A stretch of 64,000 nt of DNA from IMG/VR virus record IMGVR_UViG_2639763152_000002; one strand, 5' to 3'. Shown here piece after piece: positions 34,168-46,898 of this stretch (the first letter of the stretch is position 1; the number at the start of each line of letters is the position of its first letter). The DNA comes from a virus. The position numbers were made by a program, and so were the translations under genes. The notes beneath the pieces are model-generated. The model worked only from the letters and a program-made list of their open reading frames with translations, was not told the origin of the DNA and did not search any database.

Positions 34168-36731
34168 TTAATGCTGCGGCGTAACTAGCATCTGCGCTAC
34201 CCCGTAACCTTTTTTCACATCGAACGGAATTTTGATTTTCATAACAGTTCCGTATCCGGCGCTTTCCGCCTTTGTTGCAACACCATTGATGGCAGAAACA
34301 CTATCGCCGACTGTTACTGTTTCGTCGATCCTAACGAAGACTTGACCGATCAAACCGATTACATGCCACTCGTCCCTTTCCTCTCTTGGTTTGTATTCCG
34401 CTTCAGGCTTATAATTCGGATTTACAACAGGGATCTGAAGAATCTCATTTCCATCATTCACCTCACGATAAACCAGTCCGCCAAATTCATCGCGAAGATA
34501 ACGATCATTCCAATAAAACGATGCTCCACCGAGCACAACGCCGGCTGTTTTTGAAACAACGCCAAGAATCTTGTCCCCTACATGAGCTTTACGAATCTTA
34601 TCGCCTTCTAACGCAACAAGATAAGATGCCTCAATCTTTGAGCCGTCGGCAGATTCAAAATACTCCGCTAAGTCCTTTAAATTAGACACACTTCAATAGC
34701 GCCTGTAGCTCGAACAGTCCCATTTTTAGCATTAAGTTCAATCTTTTTATTCGCTTCTGATGCGCTGCCATCACCGTGCCCCATCGCAAGGGAATAAGAT
34801 TTACTATTCTTTGTAGCCTTTGAAAACATAACGCCGGAAGAAGCTCCGTCTCCGGTCGTATGCGAATCGTACGAAAACATTACACCATTTCGTGATCCTT
34901 CTGTAGATGCTCCACCTGCGTTACCAGCAATCAGATTTCGTTCACCCTTTGCAATTGTTGATCCGGTATTTGCAATGATAGCACTGTACTTCGTAAGTGG
35001 ATGCCCGGAAGATGTTGCTGCGCGGAAACCGCCTTTGACGTTATTAGGAACGACAGAGTGCTTTTGGTCACCTAATACTGCCGCGTTTCTATAGCCATAA
35101 GCCCTTACTGCAAGGATGTTCGTTTGAGTATTCGGCGATGTAATGCCAGCTATACCATTCGAGCCATGCAGTAAACCATTAACTAAATTTACATTGTATA
35201 CGCCGCCTCCTATTCCGATCCCGTTAGGTGCTGATTCATGGCTTACAAAATCGGAAATGAAGACATCATCTGTTCGTTGATCGCCGCCAACAATCCGAAT
35301 GTCATATTCAGCAGTATTAAATCCAGTTACTTGAAGATTGGTAACGTTTATCTTTCGACTTTTATATTGAAATGCAATAACTGAATCTCCTTTATAGTTG
35401 TATGTCGGATCCCCAATCGCTGTAAAACCAATGATTTTCACTCTCTGATATGCCGAAACAACTAGCGCCTTTGGAGCTAGTCCTTCATAAAGCGAATTGA
35501 ACCTTGGTTCTCTTGACGTGCAGTCTACTAACGTCACATCACGTGCAGTCTCACTCCACGGATCCGTCGCTAAATGGTGCCCAATGTGTCGCAAATCAAA
35601 TGATCGGACGTCCCGAAAGGATTCATGACCTCGAATATGGACGTTACAAGGTGCCGGCCATTCTGCATGAGCCTTAACTTCTACCCCGCGGACGTTACCT
35701 TCAGTATAGTTATCAATCACCCATATATGCTTAGAACCATCATCTACTTCAATACCGTTTGAATTGGCCCCGCCTTTACGATGTGCCTTCCCGGTAGGGT
35801 TTGTCATAACATTATGTGTAATGAAAACGTATTCGCTGTAGTGTGTGGTAATGCCATCGTCACCATAACCAGAGCCAACACAGCGGTCAATCCAAATATA
35901 CTTACTGCCAGTTGCGGTATAATTTTCAGCAGTTATATCATATGTCGGTGCAGTTATATCGAAGCAATGCAACCCCGGATTAATACCCTCAACTTCACGG
36001 ATGATACCGAACTTGACTTGCGCAAATGTCAAGCAGCTTGAATGTATCCCGCCAGTCGCTCCTACACCGCCTTGACGTTCCGGATTCCAATCAAGAGACA
36101 TACCTTCAACAACGATATTCCGGTTCCCTAACGTATGATCAGCATTTGTAACAACCCACTCGCTGGCGGGTGTATCTTCATGGAGCTTAAGTGTAGTGAC
36201 ACCCATACCTTGACCAATCATATATGTCCAAGATGGAAGTTTGACTCCTTTAACAACATATGTGCCGGCTGATAGCATGAGGCGAACCTTACCAGTACCA
36301 ATTGCCCTTTTAAACGCTTCTGAACTATCGGTTTCTCCGGTTGGATCAGCACCGAAGTCATCTACATTGACGGTTCGTTTAATCTTTTGGAGAAGCTTGT
36401 TATACTCTTTATCTAGCCGCTCCTTGAGCAATGGAGTTATATTTCCTTCAGCATCAACCCGTGCATCCACAACTTCTTTTACATTTGTTCCATCAGCATT
36501 TAAAATCAGGTTGCGCATCCGGTTATATAGACCATCGATATATGAGCGTAAAGAAAAGCCGCCATGGTCAATTTGCTCCGACGAGTGGGCTTTATTGCTC
36601 TTTTTATGGCTGTTTATCTCGTTTTCAAGACTATTCAATCCGTTTTCAACGGTCTCAGCATCTGCTTTTTGTTCAGCAATATACCTTGCGTTTCTAGTGG
36701 TGTCATAATCCTTGATTAACTTGAATCCCAA
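34168..36731 (-). CDS. Pectate-lyase-like tail spike with C-terminal peptidase G2 chaperone (phi29 gp12/YobO-like); frameshift at ~34692
   Basis: VNVDDFGADPTG..DSS.AF beta-helix start; D.AEYFES and EW..IGLIGQ peptidase G2 motifs. Restoring one A (GAA AGT GTG) joins the two ORFs into ~850 aa. Confidence 0.85.
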
Positions 36732-36783
36732 TGTGTCACTCTCCTTTCAAGACAAAATAAAAACACTCTTAAAAAGAGCGCTT

Positions 36784-38486
36784 CTAAATCATCATTCTCA
36801 GTTTTTGTACATAACGCTTTTGATCTTTTAATCGCTTTTCTTGCTCCATCCGGATATCCTGAATATCTTTACGGAAATTAGCAAAGTTCAATGTTGGCTT
36901 TGCATATGGATTTAAGGGCTTATATTGAATGGAAAGCAGCCGGACATCGTCTTCATAGGTTACGCCATAAACTGTATCAGCCAACACATGAAGTGTGTCT
37001 CCTTTCCAAAAATCATCTTGTATGTCAAGAAGCTTTGGCTCATAGATGTATTCATAATCCACTTCGATCTCCATTTTCGGGTAAGGATTCACGTATTTTT
37101 TAAGCGCCTCCATCATGCTGGACTCTTTTTTATAGCGCTCGTCGCGCAGTGGCTCAGCCCACCGCGGCATGCCATCAAGCAGGAACTTATTTTCGTCAGG
37201 GTGCTTGTAAAGGACCGGCTCAAAGACGTACTCCGTTTTTTTGCTGTCGGTGCTGCTGTTTTCCTTTATTGCTCCGTATCCCCGTGCTCGGGTAGAGCAG
37301 CCGTCTGTCGATGTTTTAATTTTAATGCCGGGCATATTATAACGAGAGTCGAGAGTGTGATTGATACGCTTTCCCATCTTTTTATAAACGTATATCTTGT
37401 AATTATCCACATCAAGCTCTAAGCCGTAGTCTTCCACAATTTCGCTTATCAGCTCATTCGCGAACTTATCACCAAAATTCTCCTGCTCCACACTTTTAAA
37501 TTCACTTTCCTTGTCTTTGAAAATGTAAGAGAATTTCGTCCCCTTCAAAGTGAAATCAAGCATTTTCGTACAGTCAGTGTGCCGCTGATCGTCGCTTCTA
37601 CATAATGGTTATTCAAAACGGCAACGAAAACATGGCTTGCAGAAACTTTCTTGCTGAGTGTCTTTTCCTGATCGATTTCGATCATCGTAATAAAGTATTT
37701 TTGATGGTTAAATTTCTTTTCATCCAGGTAAAGAATATTGTCATTTATGAGCAAGTCAAATTCAATGCCATTATCAGCAGTTCGAGTGATCGTAAACTCA
37801 ATATCTTTTTTTCCGGTGGTGTCATCTAGCAGATCCGGATCGGCACCTATGACTTCGACCACTTGATTTCCGTCTTGACTGGAAACATGCAGCTGAGGGA
37901 AATAAACGTCTTTTGGCAAGTTTTGATTCAACGTAATGTCTTTACCGTCATATTCTTTACTTGGTATGTCCGGCTCAGGATCTGGTGTGCTCGGATTACT
38001 CGGTTCGTCTGGTACTCCCTCGGTTGTATCATATTTCGTTAATTTATAGGTGAAAATGAGGCTGTTCAATTTTGTTGCGTAATTTGGGTCGGTAGCATAC
38101 CCGGCTTTGACGAGAGCCGCGGTTGCTTTCTGATAATCTGTTTCCCCGACGACAGCTTTATAATGGTTTTTATCCCAGCTTAGGCCATTTAAGTACAGGC
38201 TCGCCAGGTCTTGTATAGATTCTTTCCATGAAGGATACTTCCTGAATTTAGCGGGAACTTGTACGTTTTCTCCGTTGATGACTTCCCATGTTTGCATAAT
38301 GACATATTGACCGTTGTATTCGCCCTTCATACCGAAAAGGTTATGCCCTTTTGTCGCCAATTCACTTGTGCCCCAAGCGCTTTCTAAGCACCCTTGCGCA
38401 ATGATCAATGATGCGAGAATACGGTGCTTTTTATATATTTGCTGGGCGTCTCCGGCAATCTCTTTAATAAAATCTGTATTCGCCAT
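36784..38486 (-). CDS. Tail-associated lysin: GH73 glucosaminidase fused to a prophage tail (Tal) domain; frameshift at ~37565
   Basis: AQG.LES.WG...NLFG.KG and YATDP.YA.KL GH73 motifs. One missing A (CGA AAA ATG) joins the two ORFs. Confidence 0.82.
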
Positions 38487-38500
38487 ATAAATCGCCTGCC

Positions 38501-39340
38501 TTACAAGTAGTAGAACCGTGTGTCAAATTCTATGACAAAATCATCGGCATTTTGAATTTCAAACTCATTCCAGCCAATTTCGAGATTCGGCAGACGTCCA
38601 GATGTTTTTATTGGTTTATTATTGAGCAGCGCGTACTGCTTTAAAAATGATACCTGCTGTGACTTCTTCAACTCCTGTTCAATCGTTAATTTCTCGCCAT
38701 TGGTATGATTGATTAGCGTTACATTCTTCCCCTTGGCGTTCAATAGGACGTTATACGCGTGATCTAGTGGATTGATTTGGACATCTCCGGAATTAAAGAC
38801 AGAGAAACGTTTCTGATTCTTAAAATAATAGGCCAGGTTGTCATCTGATTGCAGGTTCATACCAATGTTCCAGTTCTCTCCTGACTGATTCTGCGCTGTT
38901 TTGGTTGAATGCTTAGATTCTGCCATTCCGGTAATATTGGTAAACTCAACAGAAAAAACAGCATGTGTTTTCTCCTTTTCTTTGGAAATGCTGAAATTCC
39001 CATCACACATAACAAGGAAACGGCGATTCGGCCATAAGTCAGTAGAAATATAATAGGCAAATGGCTTCACCAATAAAGCATAGAGCTGATGTCTAAGTAT
39101 ATAGAAATTGTTGTGAATTTTTGAATTCATATATACTTCTACAGTGACTTTTCTTGACGAATAGGTCACATCACGTGGATGCTGTGCTGAGATAACACCA
39201 TGACGCCGCGGGATCGTAATTGTTTCCCGATTGATAGCCGGCGCTTCCGCCAAAAAACTCAATACTTCAAATTGAGGGAGCAAGCCGTCAAGGCTCTGCT
39301 CCCCCAATCCGTTATCAAAATCCAAAAATAGTTTTACCAA
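38501..39340 (-). CDS. Distal tail protein (Dit)
   Basis: 279 aa between TMP and Tal; C-terminal L..G.N.F.I...F...FYYL. Confidence 0.85.
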   Translation of the reverse strand: MVKLFLDFDNGLGEQSLDGLLPQFEVLSFLAEAPAINRETITIPRRHGVISAQHPRDVTYSSRKVTVEVYMNSKIHNNFYILRHQLYALLVKPFAYYISTDLWPNRRFLVMCDGNFSISKEKEKTHAVFSVEFTNITGMAESKHSTKTAQNQSGENWNIGMNLQSDDNLAYYFKNQKRFSVFNSGDVQINPLDHAYNVLLNAKGKNVTLINHTNGEKLTIEQELKKSQQVSFLKQYALLNNKPIKTSGRLPNLEIGWNEFEIQNADDFVIEFDTRFYYL

Positions 39341-42300
39341 GCAGGCTTACCCCCATTTCTATATTGTTTTCTTCTATATCGGTCAGCGCTCGTTTGGTCT
39401 ACTCGGGCACCGTCAATATAGGTGTTGTTATCTTTTAAGACCAGTTGTTGCAGTAGCTGAATGTTCTGCTGGAGAGCGTCGATCTGCTGCCCCATCATAC
39501 TGATTTGCCTTTCTTGATTCTCCACGACCCGAGTCATATCGATATTGACACTTCTATCATTTTCAGGCTGTGCTGCGGATGCTTTTTGGAGTAATAGCAA
39601 AGCCTTTGAGATCATCCCTTTTTGCAGTGAAGGCAGTACGCCAAGCTCACGCCCAACCCGCGCCCACAATCCGATATTCCTTTCGCGGTATGCCGGATCT
39701 TTCGTAATGGTGGTTTCATCGTACCCTCGTTCGTTTAGGACGGCGAGCTTGGAGCCGCCGCGCCCCGGAGAAGTACCGCCCTTTGCATACCCTACGTACG
39801 GGCCGCCGCGCGCCATTGATTTCAAGCCGGGATGATTTGATATATCTCCATATCGCCCTTTGATGTAATTAATGGCCGCCAGAATGTTGTCCACCGGATT
39901 AAGTATGTTGTTATGACCCGGAAATGCGTTAGAAGAAAACGTACTCGGAATGGTCTGCATTAACCCCCTTGACGGGTTTCCTGCTCTTGCATTGGAATCT
40001 GTAAGGTTAATGGCATTCGGATTTCCTCCTGACTCTTTCATGGCAATCGTGATTAAGCCGGGAACCCATGAAAACGGGACACCAGCAATGCCGACCGCTT
40101 CCGATACCCATTTTTGGACCTGGACAGATCCGGTTGCTCCTTTATAGGCATCTGCAGTAAAAAATCCCACATCCGGCAAGACCCCTTTTAAGAATTGAAG
40201 GGCACCGCTTTTTAGCGTTTTGAGAATACCAGTCCCTAACCCGTCTATTCCGGTTCCTGTTTTAAACGGGATCATGCCTTTGAAAATGCTGCTGATTATC
40301 TTTTTCGGCCCTTTCATAATCATTTCCATAGCGTTAGTAGCGACATCCTTCGTTTTGCCAATGACATTCTTCCCGACAGAGACAGCGCCTTTCACCAGAT
40401 TTTTTGATCCCTCAAACGCATTTTTGAAGAAGTTTCCGACCCCATTTGCATAACCGGGAAGCCCTGTGGCAGCTGCTTCTTTCGACTGAGCGTGCGGAAG
40501 AACAGACGTGCCGCGCGGAAGATCCACACTTGCGGGCCGCCCATTCCGACAATGTAAGTGCCTATGCCTGGCGTGTGAGCAAGCTCCCATCCTTCTTCTC
40601 CGACTAATGCCCGTCCGCCTGGGTGGAAGTCTGTTCCTTTGGCATAGGCTAATCCTGGTGCAATTTGCATTGTGGAAGACTGGCGACTATCGTACCCTGC
40701 TGGTTTCCACTCTGGAATAGTAGGCGCGTGAACAAATTCCAAAACTGTATTTATGCCATCAGTAATAGCGTTTACTTTGGTTGCCAAATCTACTTTTAAC
40801 TGATCCCATACACCAAGCACTTCACCTTTTTCCCATCAACTTGACTAATATGCCCTTCAGCTTGCTTTTTTGCTTCCTTTACGACACCTTTATGAGTTTC
40901 CTCTGCTTCACTAATTGTCTTTTTCGCCTGACTCTTTGCATTTTTAACGGTTTTATCGTGTTCTTTCTTAGATATTGAACCTTTCACATAATACTGTTCA
41001 TCAGCGGCATCAATAACGGCATCACGTTGCTTCTCAGCTGCTTTTATTGTTTTATCTTTTGCCTTGTTACTGTCTTTTACTACGGCCGCCGCTTGCTTAG
41101 CAGAAAGATTAGACGTTTCTTCTTTTAATTTTTGGAGATTTTGGTTTGCTCGTCTTTGCTGCGTGAGAGTGCAGTCTCCATTTCAGCAAGCATTTTGCCT
41201 TGAATTTTAGCTATTTCTTATTTTCTTTTTCCGTGGTTTTTCGATTTTCACGGGCGGCAGTCCTATAAATTTCATCTACTCGATCAACATACTTTTGGAT
41301 CTTCTTTTGTTTTTTCTCGTTATAAGCATCAATTTTGCCAATGATTTTATTTTCTTCTTTATCAGACATCCCTTTATTAGAAGCATAAAATTCTTTTAGC
41401 ACTTTAGTTGCATTGGTCGCGCTGGTTTGTATCCGTTTTTCAAAGAATCTCCCATATCTTTAAAGCGCTTTGACATGTCATCTGCGATATCGTTCGTGAT
41501 GGTAGCATTGGTCGCTTTCAGGGTGTTCAGCTTGGCTGTAACCTCAATGTTCATGTCTTCATAGGCGTTGACGGCTTTTGCTGTGGATTTTGATACACCG
41601 TCTCCAAAATCAATTGTTGCCGGGAGCACTCGTTTCTTTAAATTGTCGTAATACTTAAATCCGGCATCAGCTAAAAGAGTCACACCCGTAATGAGCGCGC
41701 CGACTGGTCCGCCTAACAATCCAAGTCCACCACGTAAAAGACCGACAACAGCAGTGCCTTTTTTAAGTATGTTAAACAGGCCGAAACCGCTTTTTGCAAG
41801 CTTCATAATCCGCCTGCCCCTTTTACGGCATTTAATCCGGTTTTGATAATTCCGGCACCGAACTTTAACAGCTCAGGAGCAAAGGTAAGAACGAGTCCGG
41901 CAATTGTCCCGATTGGACCGCCGAAAAGAGTTAGACCAGTACCGGCCACCCGGGATGCGCCGCCAAGCCCGCGCATCGCTTTCGAGCTTCTATTTGTCGA
42001 TTGCTCTAGTCGGCCCACTCGTGTTGCTGCCACGGCGTTTGTTTGGTTGAGCCTTTCCATTCGGGTGGCTGCTACCGTTGCCGCAGTGGAAGTTGTCGCA
42101 ATGCCAGCTGCCGCTGTTCGGGATGCAGCGCCTGCCGCAACGGCTTCAGTCGTATAAACGCCGAGACTTGCCGATGCCCGATTGACGTTACCAGTTAAAT
42201 ATCCCCCGCCGTGCGGAGCATGTTCCATCCTGCTGCGAGCCTCGGTAATGCCCCGATTAACAGCAAGGCAGCCCCGCCAAAAGAGAAAATACTGTTACAG

Positions 42301-43806
42301 CTCCGGCCGTAATAGCAATAGTGCTTGCGACGGAGTGCGGTAAGGCATCGAACCACGTCACTAATGAAGTCAGACCGTCAGTAGTAGCTCTGATGATCGG
42401 TATAAACTGGTTTCCCATGGTGATGACGGCATTGTTTGCTGCAGATTTCAGATATTCTACAGATCCGGCCAGGTTGTCCATCTGCGTGTCAGCCACTTTT
42501 TCAGCAATACCGCCGCTGTTTTCTATTTCCTTTGTGAATTCTTCAAGCTTATCTTTACCTGCATGCATGAGCGTGATAATCCAGATATAGCATGTTGTCC
42601 GGCAAGCTGTTTAGCGATCCGGATCTGTTCTGTTTCAGTATAATTTTTGTTTTCTCTGTGATCTGCCCCATGATGTCGGCCAACGGGCGCATCTTTCCGG
42701 TAGAGTCTGTCACTTTTAAACCTAATTCTTCAATAGCCGAAGCCGCAGGTTTAGGCGGAGCCGCTAAACGGGTAAGCGTCGATCGAAGTGCTGTACCTGC
42801 CATGTCTGCCTTTATTCCGCTGTTTGCCAGAATGCCGGTTGCCGCGGCCAACTCTTCCATACTGAGACCTGCTGTTTTAGCAGCCGGAGCCGCATATTCA
42901 TCGTTTGACCAATCTCCTGCAAAGTGGCATTGGAGTTCGTGAACGTATACGTCATTGCATCAGCAACACGGTTTGTGTCCTCTGCCTTAATATGAATTCA
43001 GTTAAGATGTCAGAAACGATATCAGCCGTAACGCCGAGGTCGGTTTGGCCGGCGGCAGCCGTCGCAAGCAAGCCGGGCATAGCACCGATATTTGGTTCGT
43101 CTTATAGCCGGCCATCGCTAAATACTGCATGCCTTCGGCTACTTGCCCATCCGTATATTGCGTAACAGCGCCGAGATGTCTAGCTGTTTCTGTTAATGAT
43201 GCCAATTGATCGTCCGTTGCGTTCGCCATGCGGCGACACGGCTCATATCTTTCTCGAAGCTTGCTGCGGCCTTAACGGTTGCACCGATCCCAAGCGCTCC
43301 GGCTGCACCAATCCCCGCTAACGCCTTTCCTGTGGCTGTTGCGGATTTATAAACAGCGGTCAGCTCTTCTGATACATCCTTTGAATCCTTTTTAAAAACA
43401 GAAAAAACACCTGCAGCCCGACTGCTGCTGTCTGACATGCTTTGAAACTCTTTGCTGACTTTATTCAGCTCTTTGCCGAGGTTCTCATGAACCGCAATAG
43501 CATCATTCAAACGCCGCGCCTGAATCTGTGTCTCCCGGTTGTCTTTTCCTTTCTGTCTGACCAGTTCTTCATACCGTTGACGGTGTTCTTGGACTAATCT
43601 GCCTTGAATCTTATACTTATTGCTTAAGCCCTCCATCTGTGATTGCAAGAGCTTTGATTGGTTGCCGACATTTTTATAAATGCTTCCGGCTGCCTTCATT
43701 TCTGAATTTGCCAGGCGCATCTGCCTTTTTAAGCCTCAATTCCTCGGTTAAATCCTGTATCATCAAGGCCGACCTTAACGACCATATTTCCTATAGGTTG
43801 AGCCAT
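39334..43806 (-). CDS. Tape measure protein (TP901-type) with C-terminal lytic transglycosylase domain; fragmented by multiple indels
   Basis: Fragments with TMP motifs (GIKADMAGTALRS, MDNL.G.) and SLT motif IAMKESGGNP.AIN..DSNA..G.PS.GLMQ. Confidence 0.88.
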
Positions 43807-43864
43807 ATGTATCCACCCCGCTTTCCTGGCAAAGATTCAACAAAAAAGACAGGCTATAAGCCCG

Positions 43865-46800
43865 TCTAAAAGAAGACATCTTCAAATTTCACTTCTTCTG
43901 GTTTATTGGTTTCGGTCAATATCTCTAAATAGTGATATATGTCCATCTCGTCAATTGCGTTCATACTCCACCTTGTTGCAGGAGAGTAGCGTAAATTTCA
44001 TTTATTTGCTCGATTCCGCGCTCGTAGGTGTATTCTTCTCCGTCTGTTCCGGCAAAAAATCCTGATCAGCAGCCTCAATTTCTTTATAGCCGGCAACTTC
44101 CGAGAGAATGCGGCTCACTTCTTTCGCACTTCAAAAGATTCCAGCCCTCAAATAATTGATCATAAGTAAATTGATTGCGGAATATCCCAACAATAAATTG
44201 CAGCTGTTTTTCGAGGATTTTGATGCTTTTCTCCAAATTATCCGCTGTTTTTTCCGCTTCTGCATTTAATCGTAATGCTTCAAGAAGTGTTTTTGTATTG
44301 GTCCGGGGTGCAATAAATGTTTTGAATTTCTTTTCATCTTCGAACCATAGTTTAATAGAGATATGTTTTTGAGCCATGTTGACTCCTCCTTTTTATACGA
44401 ATACAAAGGGAAGGAAGCTCTTAAGCTTCCCTAATCCCTAAGTTAAGCACCTAGATCTGTACTTGTTTTTTGATCGGAAGTGGATGATGTATAGGCACTG
44501 CCATACACTTTTTCATAAAACTTATCTAAATCGAAATTAGGAGCATCTTCATCCGCGATCACTTTATATACATCATCTTGGTCTCTTTCAAGAAATTCAG
44601 CTGACAACTTAGAAGTTTGAAAGTCCACTTTTTCTTTTTTTGTATTCCAGTCGTCATCAGGCAGCGTAAACCGACCTGGACTAAGCCGACATATCGTCTT
44701 TTTCCATTAGCTTTCACACCAAAGAAAGTCATAGCAATCCAAGGCGGAGTAACATTCTTCTTAAATAAATACAGTCCATCTGTGGTTTCCTCTATCCCAA
44801 ACAAATTGACAAGGTGTTCTGGCGGAACATCTCTCATCTCTAAGTCTAATTTCGTTGAACCAGTTGAAACAGCAAGGTCAACTACCTTGTTATCAGCATA
44901 TTGCTTTTCTGTAGATGAATCATTGCCATCTTTGCATTTATTGCATGTGGATAGTCGACAATCTTGCTGGCAACCCACAAGCCGTTTTCTTTTTTTAATG
45001 GTGCGTATTGAACGCCTTCTAATCCCACCATTGAGCTGTATTCAGGCATCATAAAACCTCCGATTATAATAAAATGTTTGCCTCAAACCGATAACCTTTT
45101 CGAATGAGGCGCTCTGATTGTAAAAATTCATTGATAAGAACTGTCGTTTGAAAATCCAGTTTCCCCATAACATCCAAGATAGCTGCCATAATTGGATCAC
45201 ACGACTGGTTGTGATACACATCAATTTGATACAAAGTGCTATCTTTAATTGGATACCCGTCTGCCCATTCAGTCGTTCTGTACTCTAATTCTTGAACCAC
45301 AATGTAAGGAGGTTGGCTTTCCAAACTTCTGGCACAGCCAGTTCATAGATGTTTCAGGGCCAGTCAGCATCAAAAGCGCCGGATCTTTTTCCAACGCTTC
45401 AAATACTTTATTTTTTAGTTGTGATGATCTTTCTACTAGATTCACAGTTTAAAGCCTGCCTTTATGACTTTTTCCATTGCATCAAGCATCTTGCCATTCG
45501 CCTTTACCATACTCCGGTGAATAAATGGATTGGCAGCTTGATGGAGCGTGCCGAATTCGGGCAAGTGAACACGGAATTTTGTATCTTTTGTAGGGCCTAC
45601 AACTGCGTATATCTCTCCGTCTTCGTCCCGCCTGATACGGCTGCCGACTATAATATCATCGTCAATGTGCGGATGACTTCCGCCAATGGAAGAGCGTGGC
45701 GCTTCATCGTTGATCTCTGCCGCTAAAATTGTTCCTCCTGCTTTCACAGCTGCTTTATGGATTTTTTCATCCTTACGGGCCAGTTCTGCGAAAGTGGACT
45801 CCAATTCTCTAAAACCTTTCAATTCCAGTTCGAAATTCATTTAACTCACCACATTTGCCTTGATCGTAATAAAATGGCGGCGCGAATAGTTCGGCAAGAT
45901 AGCATCAATTTCGTATGTTTTTCCCTGAAAGACGATTCGCATGTGTTCATTGATATCTTCTCGGTGCCGAATTGTAAATTGAACTGTTTTTTCTTTTTGT
46001 ATGGCCGCTGCAGCATAATATTCCCGGCCCTTTAAGCCCTCCGCCTTTGCCCAGCATTCAATAACTGTTTCCCAGCTATCATTTCCCTCCACAGGCAGAC
46101 GGCCGCCGAGCTTCTTTTTTGTAATTGAATGCGGTAACGCATATCATTCAGCATCTGACGCCCTCCCTGGCAATGTATATTTCAGCTGATTGATTAACGA
46201 GGTCAGCACACCGTCTAAATTAGATGTTGTGCCGGCTATTTCCCTGTTCTCATACCAATGTGCCACAAAAGCATTTACGCACATGGCGGCCCGTGCTGAT
46301 TGATTGGGAAAAGCAAGGCCAGTTGCCGAAGTGATGTATTCTTTTGCGGAGGCAATGAACGCGAGAATTAAATCGTCCTCCAGGTCACCATCAACCCGGA
46401 GGAATTTTTTCGCTTTTCTAATTCTATTTTTTCAGCTTCTGTCATCTGGCATCACTTGCCTTTCATTCTGCAGAGTAGTTGATTTCAGTTCATCAATTGT
46501 TTTTGCATACCATCAAGTACAGCCTTCACTTCACTGTTCAGATGATCCATCATGACGCTGCTTGTTCCAATGTTATTGCTGCGAACTGATTTGTCAGCAA
46601 GCATTTCATGTACAATGCTGCCCTCATCAATAACTGCTGGATCACCTTTTTCGCCTTTAGGACCTTGCTCGCCTGTTTCACCTTTCGGACCAGCAGGACC
46701 AGGTTCCCCCTGCGGTCCTTGTTCACCCGGATCCCCTTTAAGCCCCTTTACAAAGAGTGGGTTTTCTTCACTATTGTCAGCAACAGAAATATCCGTAATA

Positions 46801-46877
46801 GGCGCTCCTTCCCCGTTGTCTCTTGCTGACGTTAGCACACCGTTACTTTCGTTTAGAATGTTGTTTAGTTTTGTCAT
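43865..46877 (-). pseudogene. Copy 2 of chaperone, MTP, tail terminator, gp10-like, adaptor, connector and collagen-like genes (several frameshifted, probably sequencing error)
   Basis: Same sequence as 947-3968 with scattered 1-nt indels; 45442-45840 remains intact. Confidence 0.8.
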
Positions 46878-46898
46878 CTTTAATCAATCCTTTCAGTA

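Noticed and set aside
34168-38486. Separate peptidase G2 gene and separate GH73/Tal genes
   Set aside because: Adding one A in a short A-run at ~34692 and at ~37565 restores continuous, family-typical reading frames.
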